Source: an uncultured virus (IMG/VR IMGVR_UViG_3300028179_000157) (lineage: Duplodnaviria > Heunggongvirae > Uroviricota > Caudoviricetes). From it: DNA of 64,000 nucleotides. The stretch lies in the IMG/VR virus record IMGVR_UViG_3300028179_000157, one strand, 5' to 3'. This document shows, in pieces, positions 46,858 to 56,078 of the stretch (position 1 is the first letter of the stretch; each line of letters starts with the position of its first letter). The notes under the pieces were generated by a model. That model did not search any database. It saw only the letters and a list, made by a program, of their open reading frames with translations, and had not been told where the DNA came from. Both the position numbers and the translations under genes were made by a program.

Positions 46858-48399
46858 ATGAAAATTGAAATCTCCAGAGAGTCGGGAAGTGGTGGCGTGA
46901 TCGAGGTTACTCTCAGTCACGGCAACTACGAGCCGACCACCTGGAACACGAGCATGCACGACCGGACCAAGATCAAGGACCGACCGGCACTGTTCAAACA
47001 TCTCAACGCGTACTGGGCACATTTGCCCGAAGAAAAGCAGGAACAGATCTGGCACATCTACGAGACCATGCGGATGACCTTCGCCAAGGTCTTCGACGAC
47101 AGCCTGCTGCCCCTGCTGCTGAAACAGATCCGCGAGCTGTTCGACGTCATGACTCCGGAAGATCTCTCCAAGTGGATGAGTCTGCGAGGCAACGCTGGTA
47201 TCCCCAGTGCCATCTCCGACGCCTACACCGAGGAAGGTCGCTATGGGAGCATCAAGCGCTTCCATGACCGGACCTGCCTGCGTCCTGACTACCGCAACTT
47301 CATCTACACCGCTTTGGCATTGCGTTCGCTGATGCCGGTGTTCGGTGAATACATCTCCCGTACCGAGAAGATCAATGGCGCGGTCTTCAAGGAGATGATG
47401 GCACTGCCGCTGATCAGCGGAAGCCAGTTGTGGGACATGCCGGGCGTGCAGTGGTTGATCAAGTACGTCGATGCAACGCTGGAGCAGGAGAAGCCTTCTG
47501 ACTCGGCAATCATCGGCGGTATCGGTCCATCGGAACGACCGGACTGGCTGCTGGCCAAGATCTTGATCCGTCGCCTCACCACCGAAGAGTTCCCGGTGAA
47601 TGGCGATGACAACAACATCATGATCAACATCTACCACGTCGTACGCAACTCGTTGAAGAACGAGCACAAGAGCTTGATGGGTCCGATCACCAGCAAGTTC
47701 CGCAACGACAGCGACATGGGCGATGATCAAGAGCGCATCTCCCGGTACGAGCAGTACAAGGAACGCACTAATCTCTCCCAAGGTGACATGGCGCCCAATC
47801 GCATCTGGATCGAAGACTACGTCGCAGCCGCTCAGCGACTGGACCCGACGATCGACCAGGCGATGGTGGAGACCTGCGTCAGCTACGCACGCAAGCAGGA
47901 TATCACGGTGATCTCCGAGCACACCATGGTCCTGATCAAGTACGTGCTGGATCCGGCCGTATCCTCCAAGAGCATTGATCCGCTCTTGCTGCCCACTACT
48001 CTGGTAGCGGCAGGCGTTACCCAAGCACTGCTGTGGCATTGGGGCTTCTTCGATCTGGCCGGCATCGTTACCGCCCGTCGTTTCGAGGTTCCCGAAGATG
48101 CAATGGCTTCTGGTCCTGAGCAACGTAACCGAGTCCCCAAGGACTTGGCCGAGGACTTGACTCGACTGTATCCCCACTATGTAACCCCGAAGGGTGGGCG
48201 ACCGCAGACCGAGCGAAAGAAGAACATGGCATACATCGCCATCGATCTCATGGCAAACCTGATGTTCGGCGCAGAATGGACTCTGACCTGTCCGCCGGCG
48301 TTGGCCAAACAGACCAACCGTATCACCAATGACAGGATGGTCGCACCAGCGGACCTGAGAGAACAGCTGGCAAGACTCATCATCGAACGTATCGCGTAA
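46858..48399 (+). CDS. Non-virion RNA polymerase sigma-like specificity subunit (phiKZ gp68-like, 513 aa)
   Basis: LFKHLNAYWAHLP...Q.QI, LRSLMPVFGEYI motifs; size and synteny. Confidence 0.75.
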   Translation: MKIEISRESGSGGVIEVTLSHGNYEPTTWNTSMHDRTKIKDRPALFKHLNAYWAHLPEEKQEQIWHIYETMRMTFAKVFDDSLLPLLLKQIRELFDVMTPEDLSKWMSLRGNAGIPSAISDAYTEEGRYGSIKRFHDRTCLRPDYRNFIYTALALRSLMPVFGEYISRTEKINGAVFKEMMALPLISGSQLWDMPGVQWLIKYVDATLEQEKPSDSAIIGGIGPSERPDWLLAKILIRRLTTEEFPVNGDDNNIMINIYHVVRNSLKNEHKSLMGPITSKFRNDSDMGDDQERISRYEQYKERTNLSQGDMAPNRIWIEDYVAAAQRLDPTIDQAMVETCVSYARKQDITVISEHTMVLIKYVLDPAVSSKSIDPLLLPTTLVAAGVTQALLWHWGFFDLAGIVTARRFEVPEDAMASGPEQRNRVPKDLAEDLTRLYPHYVTPKGGRPQTERKKNMAYIAIDLMANLMFGAEWTLTCPPALAKQTNRITNDRMVAPADLREQLARLIIERIA

Positions 48400-48417
48400 C
48401 GGAGTAAAGACAAGAGC

Positions 48418-49997
48418 ATGGCACGCAAAACTCGCATCATCCAACTTCTGTTCCGGGAGACTGGAACCTACCAGACGATGCAGGCACGTCCCTACGTCGC
48501 CGAGATTGACGGACACGACCTGATCAGTTTCGCTGAACGCACCGATGACGGTTCGAACTTCAGCCGCGAAGCATTGGCCGGACTGGCTGGTAGCATCCTC
48601 TCACCGCAGGCCCACAGCGCTGGCGAAGTTGACATCGCCGGTGGTTACGGCAACAAGCGCTACCGCTTCATCATGGAAGTCAGCCATGAAGATCGCTTCG
48701 GCGGTGGACACCGTCAGGTGTTCTCGGGTTACACCGACTACATGGGTGCCGACTCCCGCACCCGCCGTGGCGATCAGGTTTCCATCGACCGGAACATGAA
48801 GCTGTACCTCAACAGCGTCATGACCATCCGCGACGTGGTGGACCACAGCAGCAATCGTCGCGACACCATGTCCACGGTGTTCGAGAACTCCCACATCCTG
48901 TCGGGCCTTTACAAGCCGAGCCTGCGACAGGACGAAGGTTCCATGGACGTGCGCATGCGGCCGGAAGACGTCTTCGCTTCGATGACGTTCAGTTCGTTCA
49001 AGTCCTCCCGCCGTTCCACCAACGACGTGGTGCACGACACGCGAACCTCCTTCGCCGACGGCATCTGCAAGTCGCGCCGTTCCAACTCGACCGCTGCCAA
49101 CTACCTGAGTGACCTGTTGACCACCTACAGTCGCACGACGGACAACATGCAGTACGAGAACACCGATCGTTACAAGAAGCTGGAATCGGCTCGCGGCGCC
49201 ATCGCCGAGAACTACATCACGGATGACCTGTTCCTGGGTCCGCTGTACCGTGAGACCAGCCTGAAGACCGGCAACTGGATCACCTTCCAGGAACTGATCG
49301 ACATCGATCCGGACGTGGAGCGCGATGAAGTCACCCAGGTTCACCACAGCAAGGTGATCCATCGTGACAGCACCCGCCTGCGTGATCGCAACGACGACCA
49401 GGATGACTGGGCCGACGTCAACAACGAGACCGTGGCAGCAACCATGCTGTCGCACGCGGTCCCGGCGATCATGATGGACCTCACGCTGACCCAGGTGGCG
49501 TTCATTGCTACCAACCGTACCCGTGACAACCGTCCCGAAGTGCACCCGACCGGCGGCCGCATGTTCAGCAAGCATGTGGACAAGGTTCCCGAGAAGGTCA
49601 TGAACGTCTTCCTGAACCGCCTGGAAGATGAAGTGCTGCGCGACATCTCCAACCGTGGTCGTATCGACTACGACACAAAGTGCGCGTGAACGTGTTCGGC
49701 GACTCGATCATCAAGATCTCCCTGCTGGGCGGTCGACATCACGAGTTCGTTGTACCGTCCTTCAGCGATGCCGGCTTCGTGCCGGTGCTGGCCCGTAGCA
49801 GCAGTGCTCTGGCCAGCCTCGCCCAGGAACTGACGGAGCTTACCTCCACCGTCGATGCCAATGCAGCGGCACGTAACAACTTCAGGTCGAACTTCATGGG
49901 CACCCGTGATGACGACACCATCGACGATCGACCCACCAATAGCGGCCGTAGCCGCTGGACCGAGAATGACCGCAATGACGCTGATTCCGTTCTATAG
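48418..49997 (+). CDS. picA: PicA/Imp1 nuclear import factor (phiKZ gp69-like), split by an apparent frameshift near 49675
   Basis: ETGTYQ...RPY, RYRFIMEV, GYTDY, RPEDVF, SRRSN motifs; the expected C-terminal VFGD..I.IS...VPSFSD..F.PV lies in the -1 frame (49680-49997). Confidence 0.7.
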
Positions 49998-51393
49998 TTC
50001 CTTGCTCGATTCGCTCAACGTTGTACAGAGCGATGATGGCAAGCTTTCCCTGCTCGTCGGCAACGAAGAGCGCCCGCTGCTGATCAGCGGCAAACGTGCG
50101 GCCATGCCGATCGCTGAAGTGCTGCGTGGCGGCATCGATGATGGCGTCGTGGTATTCCATCCGCTGTCGGAGAAGATCTTCCGCGGCGAATCGGAAGTCC
50201 TGAAGAAGCTGAAGGAGCTGGTGACCCTGCGACTGGGCACCGCTCTGACGCTGACGATGGCGCACATCCTGGACATCGCCGCAGAACCCGAGCAGCACAA
50301 GAAGCTGCCGCCGCAGGCCATCAAGCTGCTGCGCAACCTGCCCGACGCTGACGACAAGTTGGTCAAGACCTTCGAGAAGATCACCGAGACCTTCGCCGAG
50401 CACAAGGAGCACCGGCCGTTCAAGCTGTTCCTGCGCAAGAGCGGCGTGATCGGTGATACCACCTACAGCCGTGTGGCCAAGGTGGACTTCCCGTACATCG
50501 ACCAGATCGATCTGGAAAAGACCGACCTGTTCGGCTTGAAGGTCCGCAAGCGTGATCCGAAGGCGCTGTTCAACCTGATGGATATCGTGGTGCCTGGCTG
50601 CGCGGTGCCCAACACCTACAGCTACGGCAGCAACGCGCTGATCGCTCCCAACTTCGATGCCCTGATGCGTGCCTACCACAAGGTGGCCAAGCAGATCAAC
50701 GAAGTCAGCGAGCTGTTCCGCGACAAGAACGAGGAAGTCAATGAGCTGTACATCGACCTGAGCTGGTTCGATGGCATGGACGACCTCGACAACCTTGCCG
50801 TGCAGGTGCCCTCGATGTCGGGCAACGAAGGCAACGTGGCCATCGAAGAACGTGCACCGGGTGATGACAAGGAACGCGAGAAGCCGGTCGAACCGGAACG
50901 CGTGCCGGAAACCCGCCGCAACGAAGAACGCGACGATCGTGATGATCGACGTGATCCGCTGCGTGACAACCGTGGTGACCGCGAGTTCTCCGAATCGCGC
51001 GATCGCTACCGTCGTGAACGTGATGAAAGCCGTGGCCGTGATCGTGACCGTCGTGATGACGAACGCGAACCGGCCCGTAGCAGTCTCACCGACCGCTACA
51101 CCGGCAAGGCGGATAGCGCCCCTTTCCGCGACTCGTCGTCGTCCAGGGATCGCGACGATTCGAGGTACGGAAGCCGGCGCGATGGCTCCTCCGAGCGCGC
51201 TGGATATCATCAGAGGCCTCGGAATGGCTGGCGTTCTGATGATCGCGACGATCGTGGTCGTGATCGTGACTACCACTACCGCGGTGAGCGCGATCGCGAT
51301 GATCGTGATGACCGTCGTAGCAGTCGGCGTGACCGTGATGACCGTTACGACCGCGATGACCGCGGCCGTGGACGTCGTGACCGTCGCTACTGA
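49975..51393 (+). CDS. Conserved core protein (phiKZ gp70-like) with a long Arg/Asp-rich tail
   Basis: MTLIPFYSSLL, VFHPLSE, RGESEVL, YSYGS..IAP.F.ALM, VPSMSGNEG motifs; synteny. Confidence 0.7.
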   Translation: MTLIPFYSSLLDSLNVVQSDDGKLSLLVGNEERPLLISGKRAAMPIAEVLRGGIDDGVVVFHPLSEKIFRGESEVLKKLKELVTLRLGTALTLTMAHILDIAAEPEQHKKLPPQAIKLLRNLPDADDKLVKTFEKITETFAEHKEHRPFKLFLRKSGVIGDTTYSRVAKVDFPYIDQIDLEKTDLFGLKVRKRDPKALFNLMDIVVPGCAVPNTYSYGSNALIAPNFDALMRAYHKVAKQINEVSELFRDKNEEVNELYIDLSWFDGMDDLDNLAVQVPSMSGNEGNVAIEERAPGDDKEREKPVEPERVPETRRNEERDDRDDRRDPLRDNRGDREFSESRDRYRRERDESRGRDRDRRDDEREPARSSLTDRYTGKADSAPFRDSSSSRDRDDSRYGSRRDGSSERAGYHQRPRNGWRSDDRDDRGRDRDYHYRGERDRDDRDDRRSSRRDRDDRYDRDDRGRGRRDRRY

Positions 51394-51398
51394 GTAAC

Positions 51399-51440
51399 GG
51401 CATAGGCGGGGGGATAAACCCCCCCGCTTATTTTTTTGCC
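51399..51440. terminator. Bidirectional hairpin: T-tract on +, TATGCC on -
   Basis: GGCATA-GGCGGGGGG..CCCCCCGCT-TATTTTTTT between convergent genes. Confidence 0.75.
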
Positions 51441-51446
51441 TTCGAC

Positions 51447-51806
51447 TCACTGGCCAGAGGTCATCAGAGTGCGCTTCTCGGTGATGTAGCGAGACCGCAG
51501 CTTCTCGATAACTTGAGAAGACGGAACCCGCAGAACCGTTTCGGTCCCAAGGAAGTCTTCATTGCTGCGCATGTTGTTGACGCGCATGACAATGTGGTGC
51601 ATGAAGCGTGGCACATCCATGGCGGTGAGCAAGCCTGCCAGATCGCCTTCATTCTTCCACCCGTGACGTTCAGGCACAGGCATCAACGTCGTCGAGGCGT
51701 CCCGACGCAACAGCCCCAGGTGAGACTCAATCATCCGGATGAAGTCAGGGTCGTAGTAGATATCGAGCCCGTCGTCTCGTTTCGTTCTGCGTAGACTCGA
51801 TTGCAT
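51447..51806 (-). CDS. Small conserved protein with a LysM/tail-X-like pattern (119 aa)
   Basis: GGAG RBS; EGDL.GLL ... MRVN ... LRVP pattern. Confidence 0.55.
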   Translation of the reverse strand: MQSSLRRTKRDDGLDIYYDPDFIRMIESHLGLLRRDASTTLMPVPERHGWKNEGDLAGLLTAMDVPRFMHHIVMRVNNMRSNEDFLGTETVLRVPSSQVIEKLRSRYITEKRTLMTSGQ

Positions 51807-51898
51807 GACCGCTCCAAAAGAAAAAAGTACAAACCTATATCATTCATTAGCAGAAGAGATTTGAAGTCTGCATTCGCTAGGTTAACGGAGCACCAAGA

Positions 51899-54010
51899 AT
51901 GTCCGAGCATTCGCACGACTTTCACAACCCCAAAGGTCGTGAACAGTTGTCCCCGCAATTGCTGGGGTTGAGTTCGCTCAACAGCTTTCCCGCAGAAACA
52001 TCATCCTCACGTGCGCAGATGTGGACATCGCACATGGGGCAGACCCAGGTAGTAAAGGGAGCATGTCCGCCTGTAATTGCCACTGGCACGGAGTGGGATT
52101 ACGGTCAGTACACCTTCAACATCAAGATGCCGTGCAATGCGATCATTCGCAAAGTCATTCCCAAATACAACACGCGCACGGTCGGTTACGAGTCCATCCG
52201 CGAGAACCCATCCACGCTGGTGATCTTCGAAGATGCCGACAGCCGCGCTGGCCGCATCGACTGCATCGAGATCCCCCGCCACTGCATCCACCATCAGCAC
52301 TTCGGGTTCATCTATGTTCCCACGGCCGCTGAGAAGATGCTCTACGAAGGTGCAGCCATCGAGGAAGGCACGATCCTCGCAGACTCGCCCAACGTAGATG
52401 AGAACGGCGACTACAACTTCGGCATTGAGGCGCAGGTAGCCCTGATGTCGTTGCCGGGCGTCATCGAGGACGGCATCATCGTCAGCGAAGACTTCCTGGA
52501 GTCGATCACCTCAGTTGGCATCGAGACCCGTACCTTCAGCTTCGGCAAGAAGCGTTTCCCGCTGAACATGTACGGCCGTGACTCCGGTGACTACCGTCCG
52601 TTCCCCGAGATCGGTCAGGCGGTTGCTGAAGATGGCATCGTGTGCGCACTGCGTGAGTACGATCCGATCCTTGCCCCGATCCACATGTCTCCCCAGGCAC
52701 TGCGGACTCCGGATGCTCCCCACGATGACGTGATCTACGCACCGCCCGGTGCTATCGTGCGTGACATCCAGGTGTGGCATGACAACCGTCGTTCCTCGGC
52801 ACCGCCGACTCCGGTGGGTATGGAAGTACAGCCGGCACGCTATCACTCGGCGGCATCGCGCTATTACAAGGCGATCATCGACACCGTGGAAGGCGTGGAA
52901 CGTGAGCGCAAGCGCGCAGGTCGTCCGTTCCAGTTGGGCGAGCGGCTGGAGGAAGTGATGGTCAAGGCCATCGCTGATGATCCCAGCAACGGCGGCGATC
53001 AGAAGATCACCTACACCTACCGCAACGAACCGCTGGATGACTGGCGTGTCGAGATCACTCTGGAATATCCGGTGATCCCCGACATCGGTTCCAAGGCGAC
53101 CGGGCAGGATGGTGACAAGGGCGTCTTCGTGGAAGTGCGCAAGCGTGAAGAAATGCCGGTGGACATGCACGGCAATCGCGCTGACATCGTCATGGATGCT
53201 GAGTCTGGCATCAAGCGCATGAACATGGGCCGTCTGTACCGTCAGTACTTCGCATCGTCCTGCCTGTACCACACCGGCGTGGTGCGTGACATGTACGACA
53301 AGAAGGTGCCGATCGAAGAGATCTGGGACTTCATGCTGGGCTACTACGCCATCTGCTCCCCGATCAAGCACCAGCTCCTGACCAGCGCAAGCTACCAGGG
53401 CACGCCCGAAGAGCACATCCGTTCCATCGTCAAGGATCAGATCCGTCTGACCATCCCGTGTGACAACCCGGCACGTTCCATCGACATGGTGCGTGAGCTG
53501 GAGAAAGCCTACCCGACGCCGTATGGTCCGGTGAGCTTCATCGGCAAGCGGGGCAACAAGATCACCACCAAGAACAAGGTGCGGATCGGCGGGCTGTATA
53601 TCCTGGTGCTGGAAAAGACGGGTAACGACTGGGCAGCAGTATCGTCCGGCAAGACCAGCCACTTCGGGTTCCCGGCCAAGCGTACGCAGCGTGACCGCTA
53701 CAGTGAACCGGGTCGTACCGGCTCCACTCGCGTGGGCGGTGAGGCGGAAGTCCGTCTGGGTGAAGCAATTGCCCAAGGTACGTTCGCTGAACTGATCGAG
53801 CAGTCCAACAGCCCGGTAACGCACGGCAACATCGTGTTCAACATTCTGACCCACCCAACGCCGAGCAACATGGATACGGCAGTGGATCGGAACATTGCAC
53901 CGCGCGGCCAAGGGCGCAACCTGCGATTCCCGAAGCACATCTTCGGATGCTTCGGCTTCAGGATGATTCAGGTTGATCCCGAAACGGGTGAAACCCTCCA
54001 GCGTCTGTGA
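51899..54010 (+). CDS. Non-virion RNA polymerase beta C-terminal subunit (phiKZ gp71-73-like), uninterrupted
   Basis: SSSRAQM, IEDGIIVS, IGSKATGQDGDKG, RMNMGRL, GEAEVR motifs. Confidence 0.9.
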   Translation: MSEHSHDFHNPKGREQLSPQLLGLSSLNSFPAETSSSRAQMWTSHMGQTQVVKGACPPVIATGTEWDYGQYTFNIKMPCNAIIRKVIPKYNTRTVGYESIRENPSTLVIFEDADSRAGRIDCIEIPRHCIHHQHFGFIYVPTAAEKMLYEGAAIEEGTILADSPNVDENGDYNFGIEAQVALMSLPGVIEDGIIVSEDFLESITSVGIETRTFSFGKKRFPLNMYGRDSGDYRPFPEIGQAVAEDGIVCALREYDPILAPIHMSPQALRTPDAPHDDVIYAPPGAIVRDIQVWHDNRRSSAPPTPVGMEVQPARYHSAASRYYKAIIDTVEGVERERKRAGRPFQLGERLEEVMVKAIADDPSNGGDQKITYTYRNEPLDDWRVEITLEYPVIPDIGSKATGQDGDKGVFVEVRKREEMPVDMHGNRADIVMDAESGIKRMNMGRLYRQYFASSCLYHTGVVRDMYDKKVPIEEIWDFMLGYYAICSPIKHQLLTSASYQGTPEEHIRSIVKDQIRLTIPCDNPARSIDMVRELEKAYPTPYGPVSFIGKRGNKITTKNKVRIGGLYILVLEKTGNDWAAVSSGKTSHFGFPAKRTQRDRYSEPGRTGSTRVGGEAEVRLGEAIAQGTFAELIEQSNSPVTHGNIVFNILTHPTPSNMDTAVDRNIAPRGQGRNLRFPKHIFGCFGFRMIQVDPETGETLQRL

Positions 54011-54015
54011 GGACT

Positions 54016-55968
54016 ATGAGCAAGTATTACAAGGCAAGGGACGTCGCAGCGATGTCCCACGACGAACTCTGGGATATTCCCGATGGCCTGCACGAGGTCG
54101 AGTTCGACGACGGAACTGTGGAGGTCAAGGGTCGCTACCTGATCCTGTCCTCCTACATCTGGCGATTCGTCAACGAGTGGCCTGACGCACCGCTGCTGAA
54201 GGAGCACTTGTACTCGGAGAAGGAGTTCTCCAACAAGGCCTTCCTGAAGCTGCTGGGCACCATGCTGTTCAACGTGTTTGACACGTACGACATGCGGCGT
54301 GACCCGGCTAACATCGAGGATCTGTGCAAGTACTTGTACGAGATCGTCAATGCGGTGTTCAACAACTTCACGCTGAACTGTGAAGAGAACGCAACCTCCC
54401 TCGATATCCTGGACTTGATCGAGGTGGTGGACTACCCGGAGATCGCAGCAGCCAAGGCTGCGGCACTGCCCACCCAGCGCGGCATCAAGAAGGCCCACGC
54501 GGCTATCAAGGATTCCCTGCTGGATGCGGAAGATCTCAGCCACAACGCCACGGCGAAGATTGCCCGGCGTCTGCTGGTTTCGATCGACCAGATCATCCAG
54601 TGTATCGGCCCCCGCGGCTTCATTACCGATATCGCATCGGTGACGTTCCGCGAGCCGGTGATGTCCGGCTACATCGAAGGTCTGAACACGCTGTACGAGT
54701 TCATGATCGAGGCGCAGTCGGCTTCCAAGTCGCTGCTGTTCAACAAGGATCCGTTGGCTGACTCGGAGTACCACAACCGTAAGCAGCAGCTGTCTGCTAA
54801 CGTGGTGCGCCGTGTGGAACGTGGTGATTGCGGTACGCCGTACTACACCACCTTCAACATCAAGGCCAGCGACCTTCGTGCATTTGCGGGCAAGTACTAC
54901 TACGGCGATGACGGCAAGCTGTTGACGCTGAAGGAAACCGACCGCCACCTGCACGGTGCCAAGATCAAGATGCGCTCGGTGCCGCATTGCCAGCACAAGG
55001 ATCACGGTACGGTCTGCTCGACGTGCTTTGGTGAGTTGTGGATCTCCATCCCCGACGAAACCAACCTGGGCCATGTGGCAGCAACGGTCTTCTGTAAGCT
55101 GATCTCTCAGCTGATCCTGTCCACCAAGCATTTGGATAGCAATGCCTCGGTGGATGAGATCAACATCAGCGACATGGACAAGATGTACATCCAGGTTGCC
55201 GATGACCCCAACCAGATCCAGTTCACGGAAATGATGGGGAAGCAGAAGTTCAAGATGGTGATCCATGCATCGGAAGCCAAGTACCTGTCCGACGTCAACT
55301 TCGTGTCGGAAGTGGATCAGCTGCCGATCTCCCGCATGAGCGAAATGACGGCTGTAAAGTTGGTCATCGGAGAAGGATCTAATGTACAGGTTATGGTCGT
55401 CCCGGTTGAGATGAATGGTCGCAAGGCCTACTTGACCTACGACATCCTGGACTACATCAAGCGCAAGAGCTGGACGATCAACCACGAAGGCAACATCGTG
55501 ATCGACATGTCCGAGTTCGATGTGAACAAGGCTGCTTTCGAGCTGCCCCAGCGTCACATCAACATGGTCGACTACATGCGCTGGATGGAAGCGTTCCTGC
55601 GATCCTCCGGTCGTTCCGAGCGTAAGAAGATGGGTATCGAGAAGCGCCGCGTGCTGAGTGACTTCAACAGCATTGACGCTGCGTTGGCCGAACTGTATGA
55701 GATGGCCAGCTCCAAGCTGACCGTCCCGATCGCATACCTGGAAGTGCTGATGTACTCCACCATGGTGCGTGATCCGGCCAATCGCGACCATCGACTGCCC
55801 AAGGGCGGTGACCCGATTCACTTCGGTACGTTCGGCGACAACATGACCCGTCGTTCCTTGACTGGTCCGCTGGCGTATCAGGATCAGATCGGCGTCATCA
55901 CCGACGTGGAGTCCTACATCCTGCGGCATCGTCCGCCGCATGTGCTGGATGAGATGGTTATCGGCTAA
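54016..55968 (+). CDS. Non-virion RNA polymerase beta' C-terminal subunit (phiKZ gp74-like)
   Basis: QCIGPRGF, DSEYHNRK, GDCGT, RS..HC..VCSTCFG, SQLILSTKH motifs. Confidence 0.92.
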   Translation: MSKYYKARDVAAMSHDELWDIPDGLHEVEFDDGTVEVKGRYLILSSYIWRFVNEWPDAPLLKEHLYSEKEFSNKAFLKLLGTMLFNVFDTYDMRRDPANIEDLCKYLYEIVNAVFNNFTLNCEENATSLDILDLIEVVDYPEIAAAKAAALPTQRGIKKAHAAIKDSLLDAEDLSHNATAKIARRLLVSIDQIIQCIGPRGFITDIASVTFREPVMSGYIEGLNTLYEFMIEAQSASKSLLFNKDPLADSEYHNRKQQLSANVVRRVERGDCGTPYYTTFNIKASDLRAFAGKYYYGDDGKLLTLKETDRHLHGAKIKMRSVPHCQHKDHGTVCSTCFGELWISIPDETNLGHVAATVFCKLISQLILSTKHLDSNASVDEINISDMDKMYIQVADDPNQIQFTEMMGKQKFKMVIHASEAKYLSDVNFVSEVDQLPISRMSEMTAVKLVIGEGSNVQVMVVPVEMNGRKAYLTYDILDYIKRKSWTINHEGNIVIDMSEFDVNKAAFELPQRHINMVDYMRWMEAFLRSSGRSERKKMGIEKRRVLSDFNSIDAALAELYEMASSKLTVPIAYLEVLMYSTMVRDPANRDHRLPKGGDPIHFGTFGDNMTRRSLTGPLAYQDQIGVITDVESYILRHRPPHVLDEMVIG

Positions 55969-56078
55969 GTGTAAGGAGGGCTGGGCAACTAGCCCTCCAT
56001 GTAACAGGCGGCACCTCTGGACGGGGGACTTCGGTCCCCCACGTTCACGGGTACAGGTTTTTTCTTTTGGAGATATCC

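Noticed and set aside
50930..51390. GATCGT/GACCGT short repeats as a CRISPR or satellite array
   Set aside because: Degenerate codon repeats for Asp-Arg within a CDS; no constant repeat with unique spacers.
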